A DNA stretch of 64,000 nucleotides from Zootoca vivipara (taxonomy: Eukaryota), in NCBI RefSeq assembly GCF_963506605.1, contig NC_083288.1:27838001-27902000 (forward strand). The letters are read 5' to 3'. This document shows positions 61,671-64,000 of the stretch, piece after piece; the stretch's first letter is position 1; the number at the start of each line of letters is the position of its first letter. A program made the position numbers and the translations under genes. A model generated the notes under the pieces. The model was not told the origin of the DNA, did not search any database, and saw only the letters and a program-made list of their open reading frames with translations.

Positions 61671-63365
61671 ATGGTGATATTTGTAATTTTGTTGTTGCTG
61701 CTGCTGCCTCACATAGCTTGCAAGGTTCAAGATGTTCAATGTAGAACGTGGCGTTCCAGACCGAATCATCCCAGGTTTTATAAACGTGGAGATTTCACCT
61801 ATGGAGCCATCATTTTTCAGAGTGCCCTTCATCCGCCTCCAATTACCATGAACAGACATCCTGATTGGGAACAAGCACTTAAAATGTTTGCATAACTAAT
61901 CATTTCTCCTTCATACTTTGTCTTTGTCTATATTGAATTCTGCAGCAGAAAATAAAGAGATTGAACTTTGGCTCCTTGCAACCCTGATTCTAAAACAGAA
62001 ACTTTGAACACACTAGACAAGGGAGAGCTGCTGGAAGGTTTTAGGTTTTCAGCCTCCAGACAATGATATGTTCCTTTTTGCAATCTATTAATTAATTATA
62101 GGAATTTGTATCCCACCTCCCCATATACAAATAGCCACTCAATATGCACTGCACTTTGGAATGTCACCTGACTTTCATAGCATTGTTTTCTTGACTTATG
62201 TGGAATTCCATCCTCTTTCCATTTGTATCTCTCTCCATCACCATGTTGTCTTCCAAAGCAGGATTCTCATGCTATTGAAGAGTGATGGACAGCAGTACCC
62301 AGTTAAGTACTGAATTAAGTTAATACTGAATTCTCCTTCACACATCAAGCTACCACTCCCATCAAATAAAGGATCTAAACAGTTCAGATTTAGGACAATG
62401 CCTCTCCTCAACTCTCAAAACATTTCTATATTTCATTGAGTATGTTAGTAATTATTCAATATAGGGATTAAATATGTCATTGCCCGGAGACCATCTTGCT
62501 TGTGAGTCCTGGATGATCTGCTTCCTTTCCATGCAGGCATTTTCCCATCTTGCCTTGGAGGGCAGTGCCCTGACTGACTGACTGACTGACTGACTGTCTT
62601 CAGCTACAAAATCTGCTGAACAGACTCTTGGGCTGGGGTATTGTTTCGTACTTTTTGTTGGGGTTTTTTAGTTCACAGTTATGGCACACCCTGAGGCTCC
62701 ATGTGCAGAACAACCAAACAGGTTAAGCTGCCCCAAATCTGCCTCTGCCCTGGCAGTGCGAACATAAGATTTTTCTATTTTGGCTTGCCAGGTAATGTGT
62801 CTTAGTGGAATATCCTAACTTCTGCCCACCCATGTCTCTGGAACGATCATTTTTCCAGCTTCAGCTCATTGACCCTCAGCTCAGCCAACTTAAACTCAGC
62901 CAAGTCTCAGCTAGGATGGGCCAGCTGAGACAGGAAGCAGCCCTCTGATTCAGAGACCTGCTGCATTCTAAGATGCTCATCCAAGGGGATCTTGCTATAG
63001 GATTGCTACTTTAGAAAATAATAGCCTCAGAAAGAGCAGAATATACTTGTGATACAATTTGCAACTTTCTTTTTAGTGGAGTGACAGAGAACTATCAGCA
63101 TCCTCTGGCTTTGGCTTTTGCGGTAAAGGAGGTTAACGAAAACCCTCAGATTTTACCCAATATTACACTGGGATTCCATATTTATGATAACACATTGGAT
63201 ATTAGCAGGTCCTCTGCTGCTGCGATGCAATTTCTTTCACCAAAGGACAGATTTCTCCCCAACTTTTTGTGTGGTACCCATGAAAATTTATTGACTATCA
63301 CTGCGGATGTTACTAAACGCTACTTTCCCATACCACAAATATTTGCTATCTACAAGATTCCTCAG
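61671..63365 (+). CDS. Second V2R gene, exon 1 (61671-61885) and exon 2 (63077-63365); presumably continues beyond the window
   Basis: Signal peptide, phase-2 donor AT|GTTTGC, acceptor TTTTAG|T, NYQHPLALAFAVKEVNENPQILPNITLGF...YKIPQ|GTAAG. The region ~60790-63460 is paralogous to ~49165-52370. Confidence 0.85.
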
Positions 63366-64000
63366 GTAAGACGGTATGTGTGTAAAGATACAGAAAAAAT
63401 ACTACTTTCCATATCAGTCATGGTTTTGGAGGCATCCCAAATTAGTTTTTTTTAAATATATATTTAATTAAATTTCAAATGAAAAAAGTGATGAAAAAAT
63501 ATACAATTATAGATGACTGATGAAGAAAACAGACATAAAATAAACCAAATCAGGGATCCGAATGCATTGTGGGTAGCAGCTACAGCTTTTCATATAATAG
63601 ACATAAAGGCTAAGGAAAACAGAATTATAAAAGATAGACTCTATTATGCAAAGGAAGGCTGATTATAGTATTCAAATGCCCTCACTGAATTTATCAACCA
63701 CATTCATTCAAATAAATGGGACTAATGTTTTATCAGGGTGTGGTTTCAACCCTTATTAGATATACTGCTAGGACGGGGGAAGAGGAAGGTGACTTTCTCA
63801 TTCCTCCCCCTGTTGATTCTGTAGGATGTTCTTTTGCAAGAATACCAAGCAGACGACAGGAAAAGCTGCTACATAGAGAGGTAAATCCTAATGCAGACAG
63901 GAAGGAGAGTTGGCACAATGTGCTCCAACCTTCTGCTGAAAGACACTACCAAAAATCAGGATAGGTCTTAGAGTTTCCATAAGGCTTTCCTTCCCAGTGC

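Overview
Vertebrate genomic DNA, not microbial. It is a squamate reptile, probably a lacertid lizard, inferred from Sauria SINEs and the L2/CR1/Penelope/hAT repeat set. The window is a chemoreceptor locus. About 4-45 kb is a class II olfactory receptor (OR) cluster with four intact single-exon CDSs (4434+, 18864-, 24137-, 37585+), one N-terminally deleted but still open OR (12222-), a frameshifted OR (44242+) and three remnants. Most of these sit in a ~5.3 kb tandem unit. About 47-64 kb is a vomeronasal type-2 receptor (V2R) cluster with an orphan exon 1, a complete six-exon gene carrying one nonsense codon, a deleted extra copy of exon 3, and exons 1-2 of a second gene. The most notable structure is a complex rearrangement at 35-44 kb. 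An inverted copy of the OR unit, lacking its own predicted promoter, plus a DIRS/Ngaro-like reverse-transcriptase fragment sits inside the start of a different OR, between direct copies of a 1.65 kb segment. The intact inserted OR appears to have taken over the host promoter while the host CDS decayed. Other findings are two minimal hammerhead ribozyme motifs in Penelope-like elements, many deletions bounded by microhomology, gene-conversion mosaicism among ORs, and paired loss of two conserved ECL2 cysteines in one OR. I see no evidence for a wholly new class of system. All coordinates were read by eye and no searches were run.
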